Below are positions 19,619 through 29,548 of a stretch of 64,000 nucleotides of DNA, one piece after another. The stretch covers positions 17,876 through 81,875 of the forward strand of contig CAVVEO010000004.1 of the NCBI GenBank assembly GCA_963747245.1, written 5' to 3'. The DNA is from an uncultured Acidobacteriota bacterium. Its GTDB lineage: Bacteria; Acidobacteriota; Thermoanaerobaculia; Thermoanaerobaculales; Thermoanaerobaculaceae. Positions within the stretch are counted from its first letter, which is position 1. Each line of letters begins with the position of its first letter. A model generated the notes under the pieces. It searched no databases and was not told the DNA's origin. It saw nothing but the letters and a program-made list of their open reading frames with translations. Position numbers and translations under genes: made by a program.

Positions 19619-21618
19619 CTATGCCGGCCCGGCGCCGCCGGCGCTCTCGTTCGGCGCCGCGGGCGCGACCGGAAGGGTGAAGATGAACTCCGCCCACCAC
19701 CCCGGATCGGACTCGGCCCAGATATGACCGCCGTGCTTCTCGATGATCCGCTGCGACACGAACAGCCCCAGGCCGGTGCCCGATTTCGTGTCGTCTCCTC
19801 CGGATGAGAGCCGTGAGAACTTCTGGAAGAGCTTCTCGCCGGCGCCCCGCTCGAAACCCTCGCCCTCGTTCCAGACGCTGAAGCGCAACGACCGGCCGTC
19901 ATCGGCCGGATGCGCAGCGACGAGGATCTCCCCGCCTTCGCGGCCGTACTTGATGGCGTTCGACAGGAGGTTCTGGAAGACGGAGGCGACGAGGCCGGGA
20001 TCGCACACGCCGGCGAGACCCGCCGGCACGTCGCAGACGATGCGCATGCCCCGCTCACTCGCCAGATCGGAGAGCCGGTCGATCAGGGGTTCGATCATGC
20101 CGGGGCAGAAGCGGACCTCGGCGAGGTGCAGCTTCAGCTCCCCCTCTTCGATCCGGCTGAGATTGAGGTAGTTCGCGATCGTGTCGCGGAGGTAGTCGGC
20201 ACTGATCGAGGCGGCCTTGAGGAGCGCCTCCTGCTTCGCATTCAGGGAGCCGAGGATATGGTCGCGGAGAGACCCGATGGCGAACACGATCGAGGCGAGC
20301 GGCGACTTCAGCTCGTGCGTGACGAAGCCGAGCATCTCGAGGTAGGCCCGGTTCTTCTCCTCCGCCCGAAGGTACGCCTTCTGCAGGGCGAGGGAAGCCT
20401 CGTGCAGCTCGTTGCTGCGGACCTCGAGGGCCGCCGCCATCGAGTTGAACGCCTGCGCCAGTTCCGTCACCTCCTGGCTGGCGTGGACCACTTTCACCCT
20501 CGCCCCGAGGTTGCCCCCGGAGAGCTCGCGCGTGGCGCGCACCAGGCGCAGGATCGGCCTGCGGAAACCGCTCGAGAGGTACATCGCGATCCCCGCGGCG
20601 AGCGCCAGCGACAGGAACGTGATACCGAGATACTCCAGGGCGAGGCCCGACTTGTACCCGAGGTACTGCTTCTCCAGCAACCCGACGTAGATGATGCCGA
20701 TGATGACGCCCGTCGGGTCCCTGATCGGGTCGTACGCGGAGAGGTACCAGTCGTTCACCACGAACGCCCGGTCGGCGAAACGCTCGCCGCGGCGGAGGAC
20801 CTTGTCGTAGACCTCCTCCGAGATCCTAGTTCCCAGGGCGCGCGTTCCCGTGTCGAGCATCACGTTGGTGGCGATGCGCACGTCCCCAAGGAAGATCGTC
20901 ACGGTGCCCACCGGTTTGCCCAGGTACGTCCGGTCGCCGAACGCGGCGTTGCGAATGCGGTCGACGAGGGCGGACTTCCGGTTGAGCAGGACGCCGCCGT
21001 AGACGACGCCCAGCACGCGCTCGCGGGCGTCGAGCACCGGGATTGCCGCCTCGATGACCATCCCCCGGTCCTCGGCGACCCTGTCCGTGGGGGTCGCGTG
21101 TGCCGTGTAGACGATCGGGATGCGGGCCCTCTCGGCGAGCCGTTCACCCTCGCGGAGCAGCTCGGCCCGCGACATGAGGATCGTGCCGCTGGCGGCCGTC
21201 CCTGCGAGGGCGGGGCCGATGACCGCGTTTGCCTCCACCTTGTCACCCGCCGCGAACGGCGGCCGGGACCGCGCGATCACGCGACCGTCCCCCCCACGAG
21301 GGCGAGGAAGTCGACCTCGTACTTCCGGCGGAACGCGTCGAGCTCGTTCGAGATCCCGGCGCTCGAGAGCTGGCCGCGCAACGCCGACCTCAGAGACTCG
21401 CTCTGGGACACCATGCTCACGACCACCTGCATCCGCGTCCGTTCGGTCTCGTAGGCGGACCAGGCGGCGCCGAGGTCCATCTCGACCCTCAGCATCGCCT
21501 CCTTCACGACCGTCCTGGAGATGAAGGAAAATCCGGTCCAGGTGCTGACGGATGCCACGATCCCGATCACCAGGATGAACCCCAGCAGCAGCCGGGTCCT
21601 GAAGGTGAGGTTCGTCAC
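19619..21618 (-). pseudogene. Cache-type / HAMP / HisKA / HATPase sensor histidine kinase, reading frame broken at a C7 (G7 on the coding strand) homopolymer
   Basis: Two ORFs. 21277..21618 encodes TM1 plus the start of the periplasmic Cache-like domain and ends ..FLALVGGTVA*. 19619..21280 (GTG start) encodes the rest of the Cache-like domain, TM2, HAMP, H-box FVTHELKSPL and the N/G boxes. One extra G in the run at 21289-21295 gives continuous ..FLALVGGDGRVIARSR.. (about 666 aa). Confidence 0.8.
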
Positions 21619-21657
21619 GGACGGGCTCCGGCCGAGGGAGACTCTCCGGTCAACGCC

Positions 21658-23265
21658 TCATCTCCTCTGCACGAGGCAGTTCCAGATCGTGCTCTCGATG
21701 GACTCACGGGCCGTCGTGCCGTCCTCCCCGGAGGTCTTGACAGCGTCGCCGGACATCGTCGCGACGCGCTCATCCAGCCGTTCGTACTGACCCCGCACCT
21801 CCTCCATCGCCAGCTCGATCGGCACGGTGATTCGGTCGAAGACCTCCTGCTCGAGACGTTTGAGGTCGACTCGCCGCCTCAGCGCCGCGACCACGGCGTC
21901 GTTCATCGCCTGCAGGAACAGGCAGACCTCGTTCACCGAGAACCCGGCCTTGAACCGGCTGCCCCCCGTCACCTCGAGGTAGTTCACCAGCAGCATCCTG
22001 TTGCTCGTCTGCACCGAGGTCAGCAGCAGCCTGTGCAGCAGCCGCACCAGCCAGACCAGCTCGGAGTCCTCCATCGCCCCGTACGACGGCAGGCGGCCCA
22101 GCGCCGCCTCCTCGCCGACCCGGGCGACGATCGAGCCGATGATCTGGTTCTCCTCGGTGACGAGCGCCTTGAGGATCGCGAGGTCGGGACGGGCGATGTC
22201 CTTCCTCATCACCGCCGCGTTCCGCGCGTGCCACTCCACCGGCTCGCTCTTGAAGCGCTCGATCAGAAAGGGCAGCCGCCTCTCCATCTGATTCCTGGGG
22301 CTCGGCGACCAGTCGAGGCGCGTACGGCTTTGCGAGTTGTCCACCTCCATCCGCCGGTCGATGTAGTGGTACATCCAGAGCCGCTCGAACGGCATCCGTC
22401 CACGCAGTTTCCCCAGGGCACTCATCAGCACCATGCCGAGGCCGCAGAGCGGGACGGGGCACGGAACCGGCCTCCTCGCCGACCCGGTGTAGGAACGGGT
22501 CGCGAGCTCGAACAGCGTGCGGTGCGAGGTGCAGCCCGTCGTGGACGCGATCAGTATCTCGCCCGGCACGAGAAGCTCGCGGCGGAGCAGCAAGCGCCTG
22601 AGAAACGCGACGACGTCCCGGATGTGGATGTAGGGGATGGCGCTCAGGCCCCGCCCCCCCAGGATCCTCGCCCTCCACGACCCGCCGAGCCAGGTGTTGA
22701 GGAAAACGTACAGCGGCGGGTATTCGCACCAGTCGCTGTACACCGCTCCGAAACGCACGATGCAGGTCGGAATCGCTCCCTGCTGCTCGAGCACCAGCCG
22801 CTCGCCCTCCCGCTTGCTCCAGGCGTAAATGTGCCGTCCGTCAGGCGGAGTCGCCTCGGTGATCGGGCCCTCCCGCCTCGGGAATTCGCACGCCGCCACC
22901 GAGCTCGCGAACACGAAGCGCTCGAGGTCTAGGTTCCTCGCCAGTTCGAGGACGTTCTTCGTCCCCTCGACGTTCGTCCGCCGGTACTCCGGCCGGTGCT
23001 CGCCGGCGTAGTCGTAGTACGCCGCGAGGTGGAGGAGGACTTTGGCCCCCCCCGCGGAGGCGATCTCGCGGAACGTCCTCGCCAGACCGTCGATGTCGCC
23101 GATGTCCACCTGCATCCATGCGATGTTGGGATGTACGGGCGCACCGCACTCGCGCTGGGAGCGACGGGCGATCGCGAAGACCCGGTACTCATCCTTGAGG
23201 TCCTCGAGGAGATGCCGCCCAACGAAGCCGGATGCGCCGGTGACGATCAGCGCCGGCCGGGGCAT
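21658..23265 (-). CDS. Extended-SDR fused to a C-terminal helical domain, paralogue 2
   Basis: ORF 21658..23295 trimmed to the ATG at 23265 (MPRPALIVTGASGFVGRHL..), which has SD GAGGTGG 7 nt upstream and aligns with the paralogue 1 start. YAWSK, SDWCEYPPLYVFL. A C-terminal extension of about 190 aa. Confidence 0.85.
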   Translation of the reverse strand: MPRPALIVTGASGFVGRHLLEDLKDEYRVFAIARRSQRECGAPVHPNIAWMQVDIGDIDGLARTFREIASAGGAKVLLHLAAYYDYAGEHRPEYRRTNVEGTKNVLELARNLDLERFVFASSVAACEFPRREGPITEATPPDGRHIYAWSKREGERLVLEQQGAIPTCIVRFGAVYSDWCEYPPLYVFLNTWLGGSWRARILGGRGLSAIPYIHIRDVVAFLRRLLLRRELLVPGEILIASTTGCTSHRTLFELATRSYTGSARRPVPCPVPLCGLGMVLMSALGKLRGRMPFERLWMYHYIDRRMEVDNSQSRTRLDWSPSPRNQMERRLPFLIERFKSEPVEWHARNAAVMRKDIARPDLAILKALVTEENQIIGSIVARVGEEAALGRLPSYGAMEDSELVWLVRLLHRLLLTSVQTSNRMLLVNYLEVTGGSRFKAGFSVNEVCLFLQAMNDAVVAALRRRVDLKRLEQEVFDRITVPIELAMEEVRGQYERLDERVATMSGDAVKTSGEDGTTARESIESTIWNCLVQRR

Positions 23266-23410
23266 GCGAAAACCACCTCGAGACTCTTGAGACAACCGCC
23301 GGTCATCGCGGATTTCCCTTCGTCTTCGAGTAAGAATAGCATCCCGGCCGGCTCGATCGGCGCCGCGGCGCGCCTCTCGACGACATCACGGTTCCGGTGC
23401 CGGCGCCGGC

Positions 23411-23824
23411 CTAGGACCGCCTCGGGGCCGGACGGGGCGCGCCGGCGGAGCGGACCATCCGGCGCGCCAGAAGCACGGCGAGGCCCATCAGCCCGTCCGC
23501 GGCCCCTGCGAAGCCCACGAACCACGGCCCCCCCCCCAACAGCGCCGCCGCTCCCAGGAAGACGGTCGCGAGCGCCTTCGCCGTCAGCAGCAGGACGACA
23601 CCCCGCTGGCGCGCGTACTCCAGCAGGTAGCCCGTCCCGAGCACCAGGTGGAACACACCCGCCTGGCGCGGGAAGAAGAGCGGCGGGACCGTCTCCCAAC
23701 CCCCGAACCGGAGCGCCCACGCCGGCACGACCAGCAGCGCGATCCCGATCGCGTACGTGTGCACGGCGACCAGCACGACCAGCCACCGTTCCAGGAGGTC
23801 GGCCCGAGCGCCGTCGATCCTCAC
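23411..23824 (-). CDS. Hypothetical membrane protein downstream of hybD
   Basis: Hydrophobic, about four helices. The ORF track starts it at 23839. A GTG at 23824 gives a GTGA overlap with the hybD stop, the coupling pattern used throughout this window. Confidence 0.6.
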   Translation of the reverse strand: MRIDGARADLLERWLVVLVAVHTYAIGIALLVVPAWALRFGGWETVPPLFFPRQAGVFHLVLGTGYLLEYARQRGVVLLLTAKALATVFLGAAALLGGGPWFVGFAGAADGLMGLAVLLARRMVRSAGAPRPAPRRS

Positions 23825-24381
23825 GGCCGCTCCCACCACAGGTCCGGAGGCGACTCCTGCGACCTCGGGCGGGCGGGGACGCCCAGACGCGCGAGCTCGC
23901 GCACCACCTCGGCCGCCGCATCCGGCACGGCGGCGCGCACCGCGGGCGTGAGGCCGATGCCGGTCGTCACCCTGCCGGGGACCACCCCGACCAGCAGCAC
24001 CTCGCGCGGCCCGCCGCCGGCGAACGCCACGGTCAGGAGGGCTTCCTTGAGGCCGGGGTCGTGCGGCGAAAGGCGCGGCTGGGGCGGGCTCTTGAGGATC
24101 TCGTCGCGGCGGTACAGGACGATCGACCCGGCGGCGCCCGGCGCGCCCACCGTGTCCACGATGACCGCCGCGTCAAACCCCAGCAGGTACGGCGTGAGGT
24201 CGAGGCCGGGGGTGCCGAGGTCGTGTACCGCCACCTCCGGGGGGAACTCGAACCCAGCGTCCAGGGCGCCGATCACCGTCGGGCCCAGGGCGTCGTCCCC
24301 CATCAGCACGTTGCCGAGCCCGATCACGGCCACCCGCCGCTGCGTCTCGCCCCCGTCTTCGGCGGCGCTCTCGTCGCTCAT
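23821..24381 (-). CDS. hybD: [NiFe] hydrogenase maturation endopeptidase (HybD/HyaD family)
   Basis: 186 aa with VIGLGNVLMGDDALG and DLGTPGLDL..IVDTV. Confidence 0.92.
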   Translation of the reverse strand: MSDESAAEDGGETQRRVAVIGLGNVLMGDDALGPTVIGALDAGFEFPPEVAVHDLGTPGLDLTPYLLGFDAAVIVDTVGAPGAAGSIVLYRRDEILKSPPQPRLSPHDPGLKEALLTVAFAGGGPREVLLVGVVPGRVTTGIGLTPAVRAAVPDAAAEVVRELARLGVPARPRSQESPPDLWWERP

Positions 24382-24489
24382 CGCTCCTCGCCGGCTCGTG
24401 CGCGCACATTCCAGGGGCGGGAGCCTTGCCCCCGCCCCGACCTGATCGCTGCCCGGATGGGCGTGCCTCCTCGACCCCGGCCGCCGCGT

Positions 24490-26193
24490 CTAGGTCAGGG
24501 TCCTGATCTTCGACAGCTCGTTCCCTTCGACGTCCAGCGTGTGGATCGCGCATGCCAGGCAGGGGTCGAACGAGTGCACCGTGCGCAGGACCTCGAGAGG
24601 CTTCTGGGTATCGGCGATCGGGTTCCCCACCAGCGAGGCCTCGTACGGTCCCTTCTGCCCCTTCTCGTCGCGCGGTCCCGCGTTCCAGGTGGACGGGACC
24701 ACGGCCTGGTAGTTGGCGATCTTGCCGTCCTTGATCACGATCCAGTGCGACAGGGTGCCGCGCGGCGCCTCGTGGAACCCGAAGCCGCGCTGCTCGCCCG
24801 CCGGGTAGGTCCAGGGCGTGAAGATCGCGACGTCGCCCTTGCCGACGTTCTCGATGAGGAGCTGCAGGTGCTTGGAGGCCAACTCCGACAACGTCGCCGC
24901 CCGCACCGCCCGCGCGGCGTGCCGCCCCAGCGTCGAGTGGAGCACGGCCGGAGTCAGCTTGACCTTGGCGATCGCCGAGGCGGTGTTCAACACCTGGTCG
25001 GCGTACTTCTTGATGATCGGATGGCCGGTGGCGTAGCCCACGAGCACCTGGGCCAGAGGACCCACCTGCATCGGCCGGCCTTGGAACCGCGGCGCCTTGA
25101 CCCACGAGTACTTCTTGTCGCCGTCGAAATCGGTGTAGTGCGGGACGGTCTCCTCCTCCCACGGGTGTTTGTCCCAGTCGCCGTCGTACCAGGCGTGGGC
25201 GATGCTCTCCGTCACGTTGTCCTTGAAGTAGGGGTCCTGGAAGCTCGTGATCTGCTTGAGGGTCGAGAGGTTGCCGTCGAAGATCGTCCCGCCCGGCAGG
25301 TCGAACTGGGTGCCCTTGGTGTCGAGGGGCAGGTCCGGCACCGACAGGTAGTTGGTGACGCCGCCGCCGTAGCCGAGCCACTCGGGGTACATCGCGCCGA
25401 TCGCCGCGACGTCCGGCACGTAGACCTGCTGCACGAACGCCGCGACCTCGTCCAGGAGGTCCTTCATCATGAACAGCTTTTCCATGTTCAGCGTGGCCTG
25501 GTTGTCGAGGTTGATCGCGTTCGCCACGCCGCCGACGGCGAGGTTCTGGATGTTGGGCGTCTTGCTGCCGAGGATCGCCACCACCTTGTTGGCCTTGAAC
25601 TGGTACTCGAGCGCCTGCAGGTAGTGAGCCACCGCCAACAGGTTGACCTCCGGCGGCAGCTTCATCGCCGGGTGGCCCCAGTAGCCGTTCGTGAAGATCC
25701 CGAGCTGCCCGCCGGCGACGAAGCTCGCGAGCTTGTCCTTGACCGCCTCCATCTCGCGCTTCGAGTTGTGCGGCCAGGGGGACAGGCTCTCGGCCAGCGC
25801 CGAGGCCTTGGCCGGATCGGCCTTGAGCGCCGACGTCACGTCTACCCAGTCGAGCGCCGACAGGTGGTAGAAGTGCACCATGTGGTCGTGCAGCGCGTGT
25901 GCGGCCACGATCACGTTGCGGATGTACTGAGCGTTGATCGGGATCTCGATGTTGAGCGCGTTCTCGACGGCGCGCACCGAGGCGATCGCGTGGACGGTCG
26001 TGCACACGCCACACAGACGCTGGGTGAAGATCCAGGCGTCGCGCGGGTCGCGGCCCTGGAGGATCGTCTCGATGCCGCGGTACATCTGCCCCGAGGACCA
26101 GGAGTTCTTCACCCGGCCGCCGTCGACCTCGACGTCGATGCGGAGGTGCCCTTCGATGCGGGTGATCGGATCTACCGTGATTCGCGTGCTCAT
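24490..26193 (-). CDS. hybC: [NiFe] hydrogenase large subunit, group 1 (Hyb-type)
   Basis: 567 aa with PITRIEGH, N-terminal RLCGVC, C-terminal DPCLACAIH and a short cleavable tail. Confidence 0.97.
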   Translation of the reverse strand: MSTRITVDPITRIEGHLRIDVEVDGGRVKNSWSSGQMYRGIETILQGRDPRDAWIFTQRLCGVCTTVHAIASVRAVENALNIEIPINAQYIRNVIVAAHALHDHMVHFYHLSALDWVDVTSALKADPAKASALAESLSPWPHNSKREMEAVKDKLASFVAGGQLGIFTNGYWGHPAMKLPPEVNLLAVAHYLQALEYQFKANKVVAILGSKTPNIQNLAVGGVANAINLDNQATLNMEKLFMMKDLLDEVAAFVQQVYVPDVAAIGAMYPEWLGYGGGVTNYLSVPDLPLDTKGTQFDLPGGTIFDGNLSTLKQITSFQDPYFKDNVTESIAHAWYDGDWDKHPWEEETVPHYTDFDGDKKYSWVKAPRFQGRPMQVGPLAQVLVGYATGHPIIKKYADQVLNTASAIAKVKLTPAVLHSTLGRHAARAVRAATLSELASKHLQLLIENVGKGDVAIFTPWTYPAGEQRGFGFHEAPRGTLSHWIVIKDGKIANYQAVVPSTWNAGPRDEKGQKGPYEASLVGNPIADTQKPLEVLRTVHSFDPCLACAIHTLDVEGNELSKIRTLT

Positions 26194-26202
26194 GTCTCCC
26201 CC

Positions 26203-27384
26203 TTAGAAAGTCGTCTTCGCGGGCGCGGGGCCCTCGAGGATCGGGAACGTCTTGACCACCGCGATATAGATCGCAACCTCGGCCGCGATGATGCCGAAGG
26301 TGATCAGGAGCTCCGGGACGGCTGGAAAGTACGAGAACGCCGATCCGGGCCGGAACGCCACCAGATAGGTGTCCACCCGGTGCAGCGCGGCGCCGAGGAA
26401 CAACAGGATCGCGCCCCGCACCTGCCAGACGGCCTGGTGGCGCCGCTCGGAAAGCAGGATCGCGGCGGCAGCGAGCGGCAGGAGCACCTCCGCCATGAAT
26501 GCGATCCCGTAGCCGCTGATGAGGTATCCCAGCTTGCCGGCGAGAGCCGCCTCGCCGACCCGGAAGACCGACCAGCCGACCGCGACCCATGCCGCGACCC
26601 GGGAGAGCGAAGCGAGCATCGCGGTCTCGCGGGGACGGCCGAACGCCGCGGCGGAGAACGTCGCCTCCAGCACCACCACCGCGTACCCGATCAGGATGCA
26701 GTTCACGACGAAGAGCAGCGGCAGCCAGGGCGTCAGCCAGAGCGGGTGCATCCTGGGCCCGGGCAGGAGCATCATCGTCCCCAGCGACGACTGGTGCATC
26801 GTCGGCAGCAGCAAACCGAGGGCGAGGATCCAGACGAAGTTCTTCTCCACGAGCGTGAGGCCCCTCTCCGCCATGCGGCGCAGGCGGGTCGAGGTGCCGG
26901 CGCGGAGCTTCTCGAACAGCGCCGGCGAGAGCTCGATCATCAGCACCAGGGTGTACGCGGCGACGCAGAGGGCGACCTCGAGCTGCGGAGAGTGGGACCA
27001 GCGCCAGACGTAGACCGGGACCTTCCACAGGCTCCAGAAGCGCCCGAGGTCGATGACCACGGCGATCACCGCGAGCCCGTAGCCGAGTAGGCTCGTCAGC
27101 ACGGCAGGGCGGACCAGGGGGTGGTACTGCCCCCGGTTGAGGATGTACACGAGGATCCCGACCGCGTAGCCGCCGCACCCGATCGCCGTGCCGACGACGA
27201 CGTCGATCGCGATCCACACGCCCCACGGATAGCCGTTGGAAAGGTTCGAGACGGCGCCGATGCCGTAGAGGAACCGGACCGCCGCCATCACCGCCCCGAC
27301 ACCTGCGATCGCGAGCAGCGCGATGAACGGCCGGGTCATCAGCCGGCCGCCCATGGCGACGTGGACCTGGGCGTGGCTGCTCAT
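26203..27384 (-). CDS. hybB: NrfD/HybB-type integral membrane subunit of the hydrogenase
   Basis: Last 393 codons of ORF 26203..28014, starting MSSHAQVH.. About 10 TM helices. SD GAAGGAGGG upstream. ATGA overlap with the hybA stop. Confidence 0.9.
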   Translation of the reverse strand: MSSHAQVHVAMGGRLMTRPFIALLAIAGVGAVMAAVRFLYGIGAVSNLSNGYPWGVWIAIDVVVGTAIGCGGYAVGILVYILNRGQYHPLVRPAVLTSLLGYGLAVIAVVIDLGRFWSLWKVPVYVWRWSHSPQLEVALCVAAYTLVLMIELSPALFEKLRAGTSTRLRRMAERGLTLVEKNFVWILALGLLLPTMHQSSLGTMMLLPGPRMHPLWLTPWLPLLFVVNCILIGYAVVVLEATFSAAAFGRPRETAMLASLSRVAAWVAVGWSVFRVGEAALAGKLGYLISGYGIAFMAEVLLPLAAAAILLSERRHQAVWQVRGAILLFLGAALHRVDTYLVAFRPGSAFSYFPAVPELLITFGIIAAEVAIYIAVVKTFPILEGPAPAKTTF

Positions 27385-28325
27385 CGCTTTCCCTCCTTCT
27401 CGGCGGCGCCGACCGAATCGGCCCGGCGGTTCCGGTAGATCACCGCCCCGAGCACGGCGAACAGACCAACGGGTGCGACGAACGGGACCTTGTAGTAGAT
27501 CCCCTCCTGCACCGCGTAAGCGGTCTCCGGTACGGGCTGCGTTCCGAGGTCGGGAAGCCCGATCCTGTCGAACGGCACGTGCGCGAGGTACAGCACCTGC
27601 GTCCCGCCGCCGTCGAACTCGCCGTACACCCGGTCCTTGTAGTACTTGCCAGGCCACGCCGCGATCCTGCGCTTCGCCTCGGCGAGCAGCTCGTCCCGCC
27701 GGCCGTAGATCACGGCCTCGCGCGGGCACACCTCGCAGCACGCGGGGCCCTGGCCCTTGGGGTAGCGGGTGAAGCCTCCCGCGCCCATGACCGCGGCATC
27801 CTTGATCCGCTGCCGGCAGAGTTCGCACTTGACGATCTTTGGCGCGGCCTTCTCGAACTCGAACTTCGGCACGTTGAACGGGCACGCCATCATGCAGTAG
27901 CGGCAGCCCACGCAGTAGGTCGGGTCGTACATGACGACCCCGGTCACCTCGTCCTTGTGCAGCGAGTGCAGCATGCACGCCGAGGCGCACCCGGGATCTA
28001 CGCAATGCATGCACTGCTGCTTGACGAACGACTCCTGCTCACCATCTTGGTAGCGCTTGATGATGTTCTTGGTCGTGCTGTCGAGGTCGGTGGGAGCGTC
28101 CCAGAGACCGCCGTTGGCGGCGCTGTCGGCGGGCATGTCGTTCGCCTGCTTGCACGCCACCACGCACGTCTTGCACCCGATGCACAGCGTCGCGTCGTAC
28201 AACATCCCCATCGCTCCGGGAGGCGCGGTCTTCCGGACGGCGGCACCGGCTGGAACGACGCCTGCGGCAACGGCCGTCCCGCCGACGGCGAGTGACTTGA
28301 TGAGGGAGCGTCGGTCGATCGCCAT
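27381..28325 (-). CDS. hybA: HybA-type periplasmic 4x[4Fe-4S] ferredoxin subunit (Tat signal, C-terminal anchor)
   Basis: 314 aa with a twin-arginine signal (DRRSLIKSL), several CxxCxxCxxxCP motifs and a C-terminal TM helix. Confidence 0.92.
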   Translation of the reverse strand: MAIDRRSLIKSLAVGGTAVAAGVVPAGAAVRKTAPPGAMGMLYDATLCIGCKTCVVACKQANDMPADSAANGGLWDAPTDLDSTTKNIIKRYQDGEQESFVKQQCMHCVDPGCASACMLHSLHKDEVTGVVMYDPTYCVGCRYCMMACPFNVPKFEFEKAAPKIVKCELCRQRIKDAAVMGAGGFTRYPKGQGPACCEVCPREAVIYGRRDELLAEAKRRIAAWPGKYYKDRVYGEFDGGGTQVLYLAHVPFDRIGLPDLGTQPVPETAYAVQEGIYYKVPFVAPVGLFAVLGAVIYRNRRADSVGAAEKEGKR

Positions 28326-28326
28326 G

Positions 28327-29463
28327 TCACGCCCCCTTGTCCGGCTTGGTGCCCGCCTTCTCGCCGCCGCCGTCCACCTTCTTGGCCGCCACCCACCCGC
28401 CGCCCACGAGCGCGCCGCCGACCAACCCCGCGAGCCCGGCTGCAGCGGCGCTGACCGCTCCCTGGTGCGCCTTGATCGGCGGGTAGCCGTCGGGAGGCGT
28501 CGGGTGCTCGATCTCGACCGTCGTGTGCAGCGGAATGCGGAACGCGACCGCCTGCTCGGTGCAGCCGACGCAGGGGTGGCCGACGCCGATCGGCCACGCG
28601 CCCGGCACCTCGCAGAACGGTTGCAACGAGCAGTTGGCGTGCGTCACCGGGCCCTTGCACCCCATCTTGTACAGGCACCACCCGTTGCGGTGGCCCTCGT
28701 CGCCGAACTGCTGCACGAAGCGGCCGGCGTCGAAGTGCGGCCGCCGCGGGCAGTCCTCGTGGATGACGCGCCCGTAGGCGAAGCGCGGCCGACCCTTTTC
28801 GTCGAGCGCCGGCAACGTGCCGAACGTCACGAACTGCAGCGCGGTGCCGAGGAAGTTGTACGGGTTCGCAGGGCAACCCGGGATGGTCACCACCGTCTTT
28901 CCGGCCAGGATCGTCGGCGCGCCGGTCGCGCCGGTGGGGTTGGGGTCCGCCGATGGGATACCGCCCCACGAGGCGCACGAGCCGATCGCGATGATCGCCC
29001 CGGCCTTTTCCGCGACCTCGTTCAGCATGTCGACCGCGGTCTTGCCGCCAATCTTGCAGTAGATCCCGTTGTCCTTCGTCGGGATCGCGCCCTCGACGAC
29101 GCAGATGTACTTGCCCGCGTTCGCCGCCATCGCGCTCTTGAGCGCGTCCTCCGCCTGGTACCCGGCCGCCGCAAAGAGCGTCTCGCAGTAATCCAGCGAC
29201 ACGAGGTCGAGAATCAACTGCGCGAGCGCCGGGTGCGAGGTGCGCAAGAGCGACTCGGTGCACCCGGTGCACTCCTGGAAGTGGAGCCAGATGACCGACG
29301 GCTTGAGCCCCTTGGCCGCGGCCTCGGCCCACTTGACGCCGACCGACGCCGGCAGGCCGACGGCCACGGCGGCCATCGTGCAGACTCGAATGAAGTCCCG
29401 CCGGTCCAACCCATGACGATCCGAAAGCACGCGATCCGCATCGTTCCGTCTCGAGCTTGGCAT
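28327..29463 (-). CDS. hybO: [NiFe] hydrogenase small subunit (Tat signal, C-terminal anchor)
   Basis: 378 aa with a Tat motif (DRRDFIRV), WLHFQECTGCTESLL, GSCASWGG and GCPANP, plus a C-terminal hydrophobic anchor. Confidence 0.96.
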   Translation of the reverse strand: MPSSRRNDADRVLSDRHGLDRRDFIRVCTMAAVAVGLPASVGVKWAEAAAKGLKPSVIWLHFQECTGCTESLLRTSHPALAQLILDLVSLDYCETLFAAAGYQAEDALKSAMAANAGKYICVVEGAIPTKDNGIYCKIGGKTAVDMLNEVAEKAGAIIAIGSCASWGGIPSADPNPTGATGAPTILAGKTVVTIPGCPANPYNFLGTALQFVTFGTLPALDEKGRPRFAYGRVIHEDCPRRPHFDAGRFVQQFGDEGHRNGWCLYKMGCKGPVTHANCSLQPFCEVPGAWPIGVGHPCVGCTEQAVAFRIPLHTTVEIEHPTPPDGYPPIKAHQGAVSAAAAGLAGLVGGALVGGGWVAAKKVDGGGEKAGTKPDKGA

Positions 29464-29519
29464 GAATACCCCCCTCAGCAGTCCCGTTTCGCCCTGTTGC
29501 GCTCAAAATGCTGGAATCG

Positions 29520-29548
29520 AAATTAGTCCCGCGTACCAGGCGTGTCAA
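29520..29548 (-). promoter_or_regulatory. Candidate sigma70 promoter of the hyb operon (TTGACA-N17-TAATTT)
   Basis: The minus strand reads TTGACA (29548-29543), a 17-nt spacer, then TAATTT (29525-29520), about 57 nt upstream of the hybO ATG, inside an unusually AT-rich intergenic region. Confidence 0.45.

Noticed and set aside
22996-27226. Very long ORFs on both strands (22996..27090 +, 1364 aa; 24173..27226 -, 1017 aa) spanning the hydrogenase region.
   Set aside because: Their composition is dominated by Arg/Pro/Gly/Ala/Asp runs with no motifs. They overlap textbook hybC/hybB/hybD genes read in other frames. These are typical shadow ORFs of a very GC-rich genome.
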